Positions 23,961-37,944 of a stretch of DNA of 64,000 nucleotides are shown here, in pieces. The DNA is taken from positions 2,572,220-2,636,219 of the forward strand of contig JBNZDD010013709.1 in the NCBI GenBank assembly GCA_050575255.1. The letters run 5' to 3'. The position numbers and the translations under genes were made by a program. The DNA is from Harriotta raleighana (taxonomy: Eukaryota). Under the pieces are notes generated by a model. That model did not search any database. It worked only from the letters and a program-made list of their open reading frames with translations, and was not told the origin of the DNA. Each line of letters opens with the position of its first letter. Within the stretch, counting starts at the first letter, position 1.

Positions 23961-26799
23961 TTGCAGGCTGATCAAATCAGTTGTGATTTTTCTGCACCAT
24001 AAAATACCAACCCGACCCTGGTCACAGACATTCTGCTGTGAAATTTACCAGTCAACTAATTACATAACTAGAGTGAAACAAAATTCAAAAGTTAGCTGCA
24101 AAGTGTAATTGTTTTGTGCAGCTATAACTTATTTGTAGAATCTCTCGTTGATTCATTCAGTTGACCCGCATCTTTACATTACAATTATAAAGCACCTTTC
24201 AAGTTCTAAGGACATCTCATAGACATCATTAGCTTGGCACTTGTATCAACAGTGTAAATTGTTTTTGTATTGGTACAGGCTTTTATCTGAACCAGACAAG
24301 ATATTGGTATAGCCCAGCAATGGCTGGTTTGTACATCTATATGAATGTATACTATTGATGCATCTTTCTTTCTTCTCACAAATCCAATGGTGGTTATTTA
24401 AACAAGGCAGAGATTAAGAAACCATTACACATTTTACCCATTGTTAGCAAAGAGATGAAAAGATCAGTCAGTCTATTCTGTAATGCTATAGTTAGCCATC
24501 GCAGATAAATAGGCATGCATGTGTGGGCGTTAGTGTGGTTGCAAACAAACATAATTTTATATACTTTATTTTTACTGAGTGACCCATAGCAAAGGTCCGC
24601 TTTTATTATGGGATTCTCTCTATTACAAAAATCTCAGACTGTTACTCACTCAATATCAGTAACACAATGAAACTTCTGTATACAGTTTACACAACTGCCA
24701 GTTTGTTGTTACAGATATTATAAGAAGTTTGTTTTTAAGCAATATGTTGAAGATCATTCAGGATATGTACCTCTTTTGTGAAATTGTGAGGAAGAATAAT
24801 AAAGAAATTGGTTAACTACAGGGAATTGTGTCTATATGAAAGGGCTAGAGGATGTTTGTGTGCTGAAATCAAATCAATTGTTCTTGACATCTTACACATC
24901 TTTTATTAGGATGAAACCAACATTAACCTAATAAAATCACATCTTTCCAGGAAGTGGTCTCATTGTGAATTAGTTAGGTATCTCAGTGTCACCCTATTAC
25001 AAGTATTATATTTTATTACTATTGGAAATTCATCAACAGCAAGATACATTTATATTAGATCTTTTACATTGGGAAGCGCAAAGCGCTTCACACAACTCAA
25101 GGGAGCCCGGGGGTGATGTAGGCAGGTGGGTGGGGGGGAAGAAGAAATGTGGTATGAAGGACAGTCAAACATAAGGTTTTAGGCAGGTTTTGAAGGTGGG
25201 GAGGGAATGGGGAATGCATGGTGGGGGAACCATAGGATGACATTCCAGAGAGCTAAAAGTTCACTAAACGTTGGTTAACAGATGTAGGGTTAACAAAAAG
25301 GGACATTACATAATGGATTCAATGTAATAATTAACACATTGAAGCTGTTGCTCCTCCATAATAACTGCTTTTGTTTCTCTATGGTTTTATTCTTTGCTGG
25401 GACACACCGGGTGAACAGCATGGGAAATCGTGAAAGGAAAACAGTGTCCATTGCAGATAAAGTAGTGAAGAGGTCTTTGCTTGACCTTGGGAGTACTGAA
25501 TTTTTCCCTGGTCCAGGTGACTATGTTTTGATAAGGCATAAGGATTTTTGGCCAACATCCCTTCAGTAAATCAAATTGAGAGAGATTCCGCTATTCAGGA
25601 GATGCTTGACATTTTCAACATCCAACCATAATTAGATACTTTTCACAAATGAATGGAGTGTTAGGGGAAGGAACAGTATTAATAAAACATTTGTGACAAA
25701 TTTGATTATATTTGTTTGATGTCCCTATCACCCACCATGAGCTAGAAAGGAGGAGCACTGTTCAACTTTAGGATGGGTCTGACAAAATTATTGTACCTTT
25801 GCTGGCCATTCTCATCACTAACACATTGAAAATGAAAAACTACACATCTATGATCAACTGCCTGTAGAGAACATTGCTTGCGATACTTCATCAGATGTTG
25901 TGATACTTTAACATTCAAAAATCAAGAGTGACAATTTATTCTTCGAATCATTTTTTAACATGTGAATTGTGATATAGTGGCACTCCAGATTTTGTTGTTA
26001 AGATGGAAAAAAATGCATGACCATATATGTTTCTCTGCCCAGAGTATAACACAATCTCTTTCCTGTCATCAGTCTCGCTCTTTGGACTTACTTTGTGCTT
26101 TTCTGACTTTTGGAAATATGATTTGCCATTTGTGAATATAGCTACTTCGATCTCCTTTATCAAACTGACAGCAATGAACATTTGTTCATTTCATATGTAA
26201 GTTTTGCCATTTGATCATTGCCCACTAGAACATCAAACTTGCTTCCAGACTACATTTTGTTAAACAAAATCATTATTGAAAACTGTTTACCTGAGGTTTG
26301 CAGAATTATTTTTAGATATTCAGTGACTTGTTTGGAGATGAATATTACCACAAATCTGAGTCCCATACCAACATTTGAAAGTAAATTGGATAAATCTTTG
26401 CTGAAAAATAAGATACGAATTTGACCATTTATATAAACCACATGAAATTTGTTCCAAATGAAAAGTTGAGTTAAATATTTACTATGTATTATTCGGAATG
26501 CAACAGATTACATCCATTAAAATTCCGAATGAAAGGAAGGAAGCTTTAAATTAGAAATCTGAATTAATGTTATTACTTTCTGTAGCTTCGTGCTTAGAGC
26601 ACTCACAATGGACAAGTTTCCTTATTTGCTCACCTAGCAGTAAGTAGGAACTCTGTTGTTAGGCAATTGGCGGATTGCTTTTCAAGGGATAATAATCCCG
26701 TAAAAAAAAAATTGGTCACTGAGGACAATCCACAACTGTTTGTGGGGTACTGCTGTGCGTAAATAAATTGATTGTCGGGTTTTGCCAGTCAACTCAGCG

Positions 26800-27596
26800 A
26801 CTTGCATTTATATAGTGCCCTCCACACCTGGCAGCATCTGAGCGCTTAACATTGGCAGAACTTGAGGCCAAGCAGGGGGAAGGGGAAGGTGACCTTCAGA
26901 ATGGTTGAAGGGAAAGGTTTTCAGGCATGACTTGAGGATGGCGAAGGAGAGGTTGAGGTGAAGTGGTTGAGGGAGGGAGTTCCAAAGTTTCAGGGTGTAA
27001 TGGCAGAATCTGCCGCTGCTGGAGCTGAGCATTCGGGCGACAAATAGGAGGCTGGACCCAGTCGTGTGGAGGCAGCGGGCACTGCTTTAAGGAGAGAGGA
27101 GATTAGAGAGGTAGGTGGGTGCCAAGCAGTGGAGGGATTTGAAAAACTAGAGTGAGGATCTTGCAGTCAATCCACTCTGACAGGGAGCCCGTGAAGTTTG
27201 GCAAGGACTGGGGTAATCAGGGTACAAAGTTTGGTTGGGTGAGAATGCAGGTGGCAGAATTTTGGATGAGTTGAATTTTGTGAATGGTGAAGGAGGGCAG
27301 ACTGGTGAGGATGGTATTGGAGTAGTTCAGCCGACAGGTGACAAAGGCATGGACGAGGGTTTCGGGAAGAGGTATTGATGGAGAGGGGCAATGTGGCGGT
27401 GATGGAAGAAAGTGGTGCTGGAAAATATATGTGGCAGGAAGGAAAACTGGGGATTGAACCTGACCCCTAAATTGTGCATTGGTTCACAGAGTTTGAAGGA
27501 CACATTGGGTAGGTTGAGAAAGTCGGAACCATGGGATAGAAGATTTTGACAGGAGCCAAAGTATATGGCTTCTGTCTTGTTGAAGTATAACTGCAA
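26800..27596 (-). mobile_element. L2-clade LINE 3' fragment
   Basis: QLYFNKTEAIYFG..NLGVRFNPQFSFLPHI and ..LWNSLPQPL.. in the reverse ORFs; terminal stem-loop near 26805-26850. Confidence 0.85.
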
Positions 27597-30399
27597 TATA
27601 TCCAGTATAACTTGACAGGATATTCTGTGAGGCGCTTTAAGGCATCTCTACAATGTGATAAGACGCAATATCAAATGCTTATTATTGTTAAGATTAAATG
27701 GCACAAAGAAAGAATAGATAACTCCAGCGGGAAAACTGGCATCAGCACAAATGAAATGGACCAAATAACCTCCTGAGCTGTAAACGTTCTATGATCTCAG
27801 GCTAATATATACAGTGATACAAGCTGCTTTGTTACACATTATTTACATATATTGAGGGTCTTGCAGAGTTTTTGTGTTAGAGTGTGATTGCTTTTAGGCA
27901 GGGTTCCAGGTTTCTTTGAGGGGAGATTATTGAGAGCTGGCTTTGGACCACTGTTAGTCATTTTCCCAGGCTGTCCTACAAAGTTCTAGATGTTTAGCAT
28001 TATTTACCACAATAAGAGTCGCGTGTAAAGGAAAGTCATGGTTTAAATTTGGTCTGTAGGGACATTGTGGCTTTGGAATCTGTTTAAAAGAATGCTGCTC
28101 TCTCCAGCACACTTTGCTGCCAAGGTTTTAAACAACTGCTAAAATAGTAACAGAATAAGATGAACATTTAGCTGTATGTTGAGTGCCATAGTGCGTCACC
28201 TGGAGGGAATCAGGGTGCTCCTTTATAAAGGCTCTATAATTTTGATAGCGTATTTTCTCTCGTTATGGGACATGGTTAGCAACAAAGGCCATTTGGAATC
28301 AGTGATATCATGGTTTCAACACGTGGAAAATAAAATTGATTATTGGTACCAATTGGTAGAGTTTCTGCATTGAGTTGTTTGGGGTTGGTGGGGGTGGGGG
28401 GAGGTTTGGGGGAGTGAAAGAGAGAGATGGGGGTGAAAGAGAGAGATGGGAGGGAGAGAGAGTGTGGAAGGGGGGAGGGGGAGAGGGGAGAAAGCATCCA
28501 GCAGAATCTGAAGTTTTTCAAGTACCACCGAAAGTATAGACTAATTTAGGTTCTCCGAGATGCTGTTCGGTATGAAGGGCACTATATTAAATGGAAGTTG
28601 TTGTTATTATAGGTGCTTAACTTACATATGAAAATGTCCAAGTCTTGTTGAGCACTTGAAGGAAGATAAATGCATTCCATAACAAGGAAAATAACTTGAG
28701 CCGAAATAATTAGACTGACAGGAACGAAGCCAAAGCAAATGTTATTGTGGATTCATTTTCAAGTAGTAAACTATAGCTGAGTAGGATTTGGTTTTGATAA
28801 AAATCCTTGTGTTTGATAACGGGGCTTATCACACATTCGAGATGTCTCAAAGCTTCACAGATTTTGGTATAGAGCATAGGTACTGTACTGTATTTTGATC
28901 TTCAGAGCAAGAGAAGGGGGGAACAAAAGCCAAAGCAGGTCATAGCAATGAAAGAATAATCATAGCTAGAATGTATTAACTAAACAGTTTACACATAAAC
29001 ATACCTTGGTTCACAAACTGTTGACTTTTTAGCATTTTTTTCATCATTATTATTACCTCTGTCGAGATGCATACATTTGCTTGATATCAAACTATGCAGT
29101 GAATGCTCTGTTAATTTGATCTTAATTATAACAATAAAGTAGCTGGCACATGAAGCAGCAAAAGCTGCAAATTCAACACTGCAAAAGCTCATCAGATGTT
29201 TTGTTTGACATGAAGCAAAGTTGCTTTAGTTGAATTTTTATGTCTGATCTTTAATAAAAGAGGTGCCCTGGTTCTGACCTTCACTGTCGTGGCAAAATAT
29301 GTGTAGTCAGCAATTTTCTTTGATTTGCAAAATGTTTAGGGTGTTCCCTTCAAAGGATCCAGACAACAATATTCAGAACCCTACCACTGTTTAATTATTC
29401 AAGCCTCTGCGTAGAAGATTGGTATCTAATTCCTGCAGCTTTTTGCATTTGTTTTCGATTGTCTGCAGGCAGGTACTTGTTCAGTTTCCCCCGAAAGTGT
29501 CCCCCACCCACCCGACCCCCACCCCCACCATCCCCTCAGTGTTGCTTTGAACCACCCCCTATTAATAAACGTTCTTTTTTAAAAAAAAGATCAAAGACGC
29601 ATCCCACTGAACAGAAGTATTCCTTCCATTCTTGCAAGGGAAATTGACGAACAACTACGTATTTTTGAAGAACAACACATTTGGCAGGGTGGGGGGAGAG
29701 GGGGGTGGAAAATGGTATTTGCTTTGTTGGAGCAAGTCTTTTGTTTCTTGAGTTTGGCCTGACCCTGGTTTGAGGAAACCTGATTAAAAATAAGTGTGGT
29801 AGGAGTTGACCTGGCTGCGGCTTTTTCCGCTTTTTATTTAAAGAATACCATTTCCTTACTCTCTTGCCAATATAGGGGAAGTGAGGTGGGATGGCTTGGG
29901 AGAGGGAGGTGTTCAAAATACGGTATTTGCTACAGGATTCGCAAAGGATTCGTAAATATAGTCAAACCATGTCTGCAACAATGCCTCAGGTGATTTGGCC
30001 AAATTGACCTTTAGTAAGGATGGCCAGTGAGCAAGGGTTCATTGATGTGCCATGTACACTTGTAGTATTCTGCAAGGAACCATGAAGTGAAATGGTCAAT
30101 TTTATTTAGAGAATTGTTAGCCTGGACACCAGGATAAACTCCCTACTCTTTTCGAATTCTGCACAAGACCTCGTTTTAAAGTTTTATCTGAAGGGCAACA
30201 CCTCCAGCAAGGCAACATATCCCCCATTTCTACTTTACTATCAGCCATTGTGTTAGTGAGTGGACAGAAGGAAGTGCAGGCTTAGAGGTCATGGGGTAAA
30301 GAATCGCTGTTGGCAAACTCAAGCAAAGCTGGCATTTGACAAATATATTCTACAGTTGTGTTTTACAATGCTGACGAGCCGGAGAGGGTGGTGATGTAA

Positions 30400-31035
30400 G
30401 TATGGTCAAAGAGGATGTTTTCCAGGCAGGATTTGAAAAGGGGGAGAGAGGGGGCAAAGCAGAGGGATTAAGGGAGAATGTTCCAGAGTTTGGCAGCATA
30501 GTGACTGAAAGTGTGATCTCCGATGGTGGAACGGAGGGTGTGAGGGACGAGCAGGTAACCAAGCAGGATGCCAGTGCCAGTTGAATGGAGGCTCCAGGTG
30601 GTGGTTTGGGGAGTGAGGAGGTAGGAGAGGTGGGGACTTGCCAGGGGATGAATGGATTTGAACACGAGTGTGATGGGGAGCCAGTGGAGCCTGGGCCAGA
30701 ACTTGGTGAGATGTGTAACGGAGGAAAGACAGCTGGGAGTTGAACTGAACATCGGACTCAGATTACTGAGTCGGAGTCCCAGGGAGGTTGAGGAGTTTAG
30801 AACCACAGGATTGAAGGCGTTGATGGGAGACAAAGGCTTCCGTCTTGTCTATGTTCAGCTGCAGGAAGTTTACACTCATCCAGGCCTTGATGTCTGCCAG
30901 ACAAGCTGATAGAACATCGGTGAACCTGGAGTTGCTACTGGATCAGGCAAAGTAGATTTGTGTTTCATCCGCATAGATGTGGAATTTTAACCCGTGTCTG
31001 TGGACGACATCACCCAAAGGGAGCATATAGAAAAG
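30400..31035 (-). mobile_element. L2-clade LINE fragment
   Basis: Reverse strand reads ttccacatctatgcggatgaaacacaaatctac (FHIYADETQIY) and ..RLHWLP..LWNILP. Confidence 0.8.
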
Positions 31036-32394
31036 GAAAAGAAGAAGGCCAAGCATATCCAACAAAAGAACAGAATTACTCCAGAGTCCTGATAAATACT
31101 GTCCAAATTAATTCGCCATTGCTGTTGGTAGGATCTCTGAGCATAAACCGCTGTATTTACGTGCAAGATAAAGTTACAACACTATAATAATTTTCTTTGA
31201 TCTACAGAGTATGAATGTGAGTTCTTTTTACTAAACTCTATTCTCAATCTACACTTTCCTCATAACATTAGATTATTTTTCTTCAGATTGGGACACAATT
31301 CTGTTATTATTCCTGCTTGTGTGTGAGCATATTTTGTTGCATTCTGGTTACGCGGAGCGCTTTGTTTTGTTTTTGTATCCTGTTCACTCCTCTTGCGAGT
31401 TGTTTGCTGACGTTGGCAGTAAAGCTGATTTGCACACAGGATGAGGAGATATCAATGAATTTAAGTCATTCTTGACTGTCTGGATTTTACTCTTGACCTG
31501 ACGTACCAGAGGCATAAAAGAGGAAAGACAACCAAATTGTTTCTCCAGCCATGCCTTTTCAATCGTAGTCAAGATTAGACCTACTGAAGATAAAGAAGCC
31601 TATGCAAGGGATGTGAAAAATTCTGAAATGGTTTGTGTTGTGAGTTGATAGGTAATTGTTTATGACTGCTGATCATATCCCTGTTTGGTATACGATAATA
31701 ATAGTAATTTCAAATAAGACCACATCATATATAGTGGTTGAGAAACGTGCATTTAGCATGATTATTGAAGATAAAGCTCTCTTCCCAAACAGTAAATTTG
31801 AGTGGAGAATAACCAGTATGTTTTCAGTCATCAAATCACTCAACAGTGTTTGTAGTAATCAGGATTTTAAAAAAATTCTCTTCAACACCTCTCTTCGACA
31901 TCCATTTCACGTTGTTATACCAGCTGTCCTACCTTTTACAGCATTTAGTGCCTTTTATCATTCACGTTGCAGACTTGATTGCTTTTGTGTTTCTTTTGAA
32001 AAGCAGTCATTTTTCCATTGCAAAATGGCAAAGTTTGCCATAAAATTTTCCATCGTTTTTGACGAGAGGAATTTTAAAAAAGAATAGTAATGGATCTGCG
32101 GTAAATTAAAACTCGCACCTGTGAAAAGAGAGAAGTGGCAACTCTGTTCGATAAGAACAGTACACCTATCCTCCACCTCTGTTCCTATTTGACAAATATG
32201 GCGTTCTGCTCTGTGTACAACACATTCCTTCATCGGGCTCAACACTATTCTCCTCTCTTGAGTTTGCAAATGGCTTATTTGTAACTGAAAATTATACCAT
32301 TTGTAAGAATGCTAGAGGAACACTAGATTTAGGTCACAGAAACAGATGTACCATAGGGTGGACCAGGTTTATCTCTTTGGTTATTGATAATAAT

Positions 32395-32805
32395 AATTCT
32401 TCAATTGATCAATATAGCACCTCTCAAGTCGGGAGGACGTCTCACAGCGCTTCTCAGTGGTATACTGTAAAGTGGAATGACTGTGCGGTTTTGTGGGTGA
32501 ACTAGGGAAAGAATTTATGCATAGCAATGGTGCACAAATGACCTTGGGGTAATTGACCAAAGTTATTTTGGGGGATTGTTGGGCGGGAGACCAGAAGAAA
32601 CTCCCTTCACATTTTGAATAGTTTCATAGGATCTTTAACATTTGCCTAGGTTTAACGATTCATTCGAACAACAGCACCTTCAACAATTTTGCATAGCTTC
32701 AGTCATTTATGTCTCCTTTTAGACTATAAATAAGTTCCAAATCTGGATGATTTGAATGCACAACCTTCTCACTTGGAGGTGAGAGTTCTACCAACTGAGT
32801 TGAAC
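32395..32805 (-). mobile_element. Deu-domain SINE, near full length
   Basis: Reversed head (caaccttctcacttggaggtgagagttctaccaactgag), Deu core (ggtttaacgattcattcgaacaacagcacct) and L2-like tail. Confidence 0.75.
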
Positions 32806-34034
32806 TGACAAGTGGGTCAGCATAGAAACAATGTCAAGCTTGCTCAACTACTTTATGGGGTTCAATGGTAGGGCAGTATGCTTTCTCTCAAACTTTATTC
32901 TAATTTGTCTGCTAGAGGGAATAGTCATCGTCCAATACATTATCTTTGAATTCATTGACTTAAACACCTCTTTCTGATCACCACTCAACCTCTTTAGATC
33001 TTGGGAACATAATCCAAGTTTACACAGCTTCTCATCATAGCAACATCCCCTCATCTTGTGTATCATTTCAGTGAATCATTGTTGGACTTCCTTCAAGGCT
33101 TGTATATCTTATGTTAGGTAGAGTGCAAAACAATTGAACACAATGCTACTAATCTGTCTGGCTCACATGGGTAGTCCTAGCAGGAGAAGTCAGCTTGTCC
33201 AGCCTAGCTCACCCAAGTGAGTCATCAAAAGACTGTCAGCACCCTGCAACTGAAGGCTGATGATGCTCAACTGTTTCAGGAGGGGAGCAGAGGAGAGAAT
33301 TGCGCCCCCCCCAAAGAAAAATTACCAGGTAGTGCTCCTAATGGCAATCTAGACACTCAGATGACCAGATCTACCCCCACCTACCCATACACACAAACAA
33401 GTTAGAACAAATTATTTAAAGTGATATGAACAATGAGGCAACTTTTCAGATCTCCTCCTATGGATAATTTGACCTGAAAACTTTACAAAGGATCTAGTAC
33501 AGACCTATTTGTGCATCTTTGCTTAGAATTGTGTGGAACATTGCCCCTCTGGTTGAAGGTATGAAGTATTAACATAAAGTAGTATGGTGGAGAAAGGCAG
33601 TCAATGCTTGCAGTCTAACTTCATCAATGAAACTTGGCTCACTTATTTTTGAGCAAAACTCTTCATAGAAATCCATTTATATCACTATTAAAGAAAGCCT
33701 CAGAGTAATTGCTGTTTTTTTCTTTTTGCTATAAAGAATCAAATTCTAGTCTATCTCAATGCTAACTTTCTGATAGATTTTTAAAAATAAAACGTGATAA
33801 CAATATTCTGAGGTCTAAAGTGTCCTTCTTGCCTTGCGGGCTGCCAAATAGTTTTAGTGTATAAGAGAGAGCCTTCATTCTCAAACCAGAATAAGTGTTT
33901 CCTGTATATCAATATAAACACGCACCATCAATAAGTCATTTTTCAGCCATAAATATTTACAGTAGATTAGAAGTGGTGCTTTTTATACAAAGTAGATTTT
34001 GTTTTCCAAATTAAGAGCATTCCAATTCTCTCTT

Positions 34035-34335
34035 CACTGGCCCAGTGTGGAAATGGCCTTGATAGACCAGGAAGATCCCAGGTTCAGTCCCTGGCCTATG
34101 CTGAGTTATCTGATCTCATTTTGGTGCCAGTCGGGGTATTAGAACTGGTCTCACTGTTCCCAGGCTAAGGGATAGGAGACGAGATTAACCGCTCCTGATC
34201 ACTATCTGCTGTAGTCATCTCTATGGGAAAGTTACCACGAGGGAGAGAGGAGGGATGGACATTTGGTGAGGATAGTATCAGACTTAACCCTGACAACTCA
34301 ATAGCCTGTCTCCAATCTGGCTTCACATAAGGAGC
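34035..34335 (+). mobile_element. Old tRNA-derived SINE-like repeat of a third family (second copy ~59285-59525)
   Basis: gatcccaggttcagtccctggcctatgctgagttatctgatctca contains a B-box-like motif and matches gctcagttagctgatctcag at 59291. Confidence 0.55.
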
Positions 34336-36364
34336 ACAGCTATTGCTTTTCAATACTGTATTTCTCAAATGTGGGAAGCTCCTTGTTCAACCTCCCAAAA
34401 GGAACAATGATTGTCATATGAAGGATTTGCAAAAGAGTTGGATTCTACTTCCTTTTCTTATTAAAAAAAACATAATAATGGAGTAAACAAGTATTTTTTA
34501 AAGTAAATTCAATTGTTTTGTAGTAAAAAAAAACTACATTTATTTAGCACCATTCACGTAACCAAACAGAGCATGAAAGCACCTTCACAAATACAATTGG
34601 ATAGGAATGAAAGTTAATGGCGTATGATCACACATGGAGCTAATCTTCATCAGTGAAGTTGCATTGACAGCAATCAGTTCAATAATCGATTACAGGACAA
34701 CTAGAAGCTTGATTATAATGCAGGTTCAATTATTGCGCAGTTGAGTGGCCGGGGTGGGGTCTGGAGCACGATATTTACATACTTAAAACCATCCAAAATA
34801 TCCACACCCAAGCTTCATCAGCATTCCCACGTCACCAGATCACTGCACAGTCACTTTCTGCGCAATATGTACAGGAAATGCTGTTGCTCTGACCTAATCT
34901 CGGAATTCCCCCATTTTGAGTGGCTGTCAGTGTTTCACTCACACCCCACCCTCCCCTCCTACTGCACTGTAATAGGCTTCGGCATATAGGGATCATTTTA
35001 TATTAGGAGGGGAGTATTCATCAGGATAAGGGATGTATAGGTGTGCGTGTGGGTAAAGTTGTATCAAAATTAAACTGAAAGAAGCAGTGTAAACTCGTTC
35101 AGTTTTGAGAGGGCACACGCAGCAAAGCTTCTTTATGACATCAATCCCATTTTCGCTTAGGTAGTTGATTGGTAATGAACACTTTAGGATATTATAGAGG
35201 GAAGCGGTGACAAAATCAACTTGCTATCATTCCCTGATCAATTACAGAAAGTTCTGAAATACAACCCGGAATTTGTACGTGTTGTGAATCCCCTCCCAGC
35301 AATAGGAATCAGTGCTACTGAATTTGACCCCTGTGGCTGAACTTTGCTTGTTAGTTGAAGTTCACACAGACTTTTTACCAGGCCTGCCCAGAAAGCTGTC
35401 TCCTCTAACTTCCTGTGCACTTATATAATGTTTCCTTGCCTCTTGCGTAACCGGTCTTTGTCTGGGTTGGAGCTTGAGTTGTGTTTGTGGATTGCAAAAG
35501 CTGTTGTGAAAATGTAGCCAGCAGTAAACATTGCAGCATATCACAGTACACATCATATCGTATCCGATTGTACTGATAAACTGTACTAGCAATTCTAAAT
35601 AGTGTTTCTTGAACAAAGAAATAAGTTTGATGTCATCTAAATGCAACGTTATATTTGACACGTACTATGTTGTTTGTTACTGAAACCATGTTTTGAAACT
35701 GGCAATCAGAGGACCACCAGTTTGTATTGTGTTGCACAAAGATGCTTCACTGCATGTAAAACTTTACACAAATGCACTCATTTCTATTTTCATCCCACTG
35801 TTCTAAATTTTTGAAGCTAACGGAGGTTGTTTGCAATTTCCCATCTTCAATAGAAACAGTAGCCCATTTAAGTTCAAGCTCCCCCCACCCCCTTCAGCTC
35901 ACACACAGACACACAGAAACACGGGGACTTTCAACTTGTAAGACAAGAATGACACTCAGGTATAACACTGGGGGAAGTGAGACGTTTCTGGGGTACAATG
36001 CAAAACGAAAAGGGAGTTTCTCCCAGTGTGCTGGTCAACAATCCTACAGATAAAAGAATTGTTCATTTAATGGTTGTTTGTAGTTCCTTGCTGTGCTCAA
36101 GTTATCCGCAGTTCTAGAAATTCAGTCACCACACTTTACAGTACTTATCTGTGAAAGGCTTTGAGATGCTTTGCATGTTATAGGCAGTATAAAAAAGAGT
36201 GATGTGTTAAAAATGTATAGGGGTTGAAAGTGCAATGTTCTCAAACAGAAAGTTTCTGCACTGATAACAAGTTGTGACTTTTGAGTAATAGTGTGCGAAT
36301 CACTACTCAATTCAACTAACATTTTAGGTTAGTTATAGATCCTGCAATTTCCAGGAACTTTGAA

Positions 36365-36740
36365 CTCGCAATCTAGGCTAGACACTCAAATACCATCCTG
36401 GGGGAATGCTTTGTCGTCAGATGTTGCCATCCTTCAGAAGAAATGTGAAGACATGTTCTTGTCTGCCTATTCAGATGGCCATCAAAGATCTTAAGGCACC
36501 ACTGAAAAGCGAAGAGAGTTTCTCCAGGTTTCTTGGCCAACAATCCCCCAGATAAAGTTGATCATTTCACCTTATGACTATTTGTAAGACATTGCCGTGT
36601 GCAAACAGGCTACCATATTCACCTACAAAACACTTTTAAATCAATGCACTTTTAAGTATTTTATATCCTGTGAAGCGCTTTGACATATCTCAACTATACA
36701 TAAAGGCATCATATTAAATATAAGGATGCTTATTATAATG
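36365..36740 (+). mobile_element. Deu-domain SINE
   Basis: aatctaggctagacactc..gtcagatgttgccatccttcagaagaaatgt..gtctgcctattcagatgg, then the shared 3' segment and tail. Confidence 0.72.
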
Positions 36741-36800
36741 ATCATTATAAAAAAGACAAAAGTGTCTGGTTTGTAAAGATGTGTTTATGACCAGTATTTT

Positions 36801-37114
36801 GGAGTCCTGTCAGTGGTTAGATCATTTGGCTTACAAGTGTGAGACCTGCGTTTGAATCTAGGAAGGTCAGAGCAAAACCTTGGGCAAGTTTCCTTACTCC
36901 ACACGCCTAATAATAATCCCTCCAAAAAAAAAACAATTAAAAAATTGGTCATTTCAATCCACAACTGTTTGTGGATACTGCTGTGCACAATAGGCTGCTG
37001 CATTTCGCCAACAAATACACAATGTATTCACTTTACAGTATATTCTGTGAAGCACTTTGAGACGTCTAGAAGATATGAAAAGTGCTATATCAAATGCAAG
37101 GATTATTATTATTA
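36801..37114 (+). mobile_element. tRNA-derived SINE with L2-type tail
   Basis: Closely matches the copy at 60440-60767 in the opposite orientation. Confidence 0.9.
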
Positions 37115-37944
37115 ATAAAGATACAAGTACCTTTAATGAAACCCTCAGCCCTAATGGCCAAATAACCACAATAGTTTTTAACTAGTTACTTTTCTGAACT
37201 TAACGGAGTTTCATTTGAGATATTTGCCAAAGTGTATTTGTTGCATTCATTGTTACTCCTGTTTTGGGAATAATAGATTGCAAAATAACACATAAATACT
37301 GTACACATCAAACCTACATGGTCATGCACCAAACTGACTGGTAGTCTGGCTGTATTGGAGATTCATTTTCTAATGCCCATCCCAATGATCGGGCCACATG
37401 ACTTGCATGAGGGAGATTGAGAGAAGCACTCTTCCCTGATACATATCAATGGTTTTCAAGGGTAGCCATCGCAGTGCATCATACACCAATAATACTATGT
37501 CAAAATGTACTTTGTTAGCCTTCTGAAACTTTTTATAACCAGGTAGGCATGTCCTTGAATTTAGTGAATGCTTGCTCATCACTCTCCAATGACACCTACT
37601 TGACCATATAAGGACAATTTCTTTGAAGGTTGGCAAATTTATGGACATTGATCAGAAGACTATCTTATTCTCTGTTGCTCCCACCATTTATGGAATATAG
37701 TGATGCAAATGTTTCCGTTTAAGAACTCACACGGCCAAAGTTCAGCTGCCTAAACAATGCATTCCACATTCCCAAAGCCCTCGACAGCTACAATGTTTTG
37801 ACTTTAGAATCAATATAAACTCAAGCAAAGATACTTCCAAAACATGTAAGCTGCTGTTTTGGCACTTAAAAAGTTGAATTCACAGTGTTTCATAATTGGT
37901 TGCTTGTGGCAAGAGGTATGTTATAACATATCACAAACTTTACC

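Noticed and set aside
25339-26300. Possible decayed coding sequence or transposase
   Set aside because: Short ORFs on both strands with no motif I can recognise; cannot be supported without a database search.
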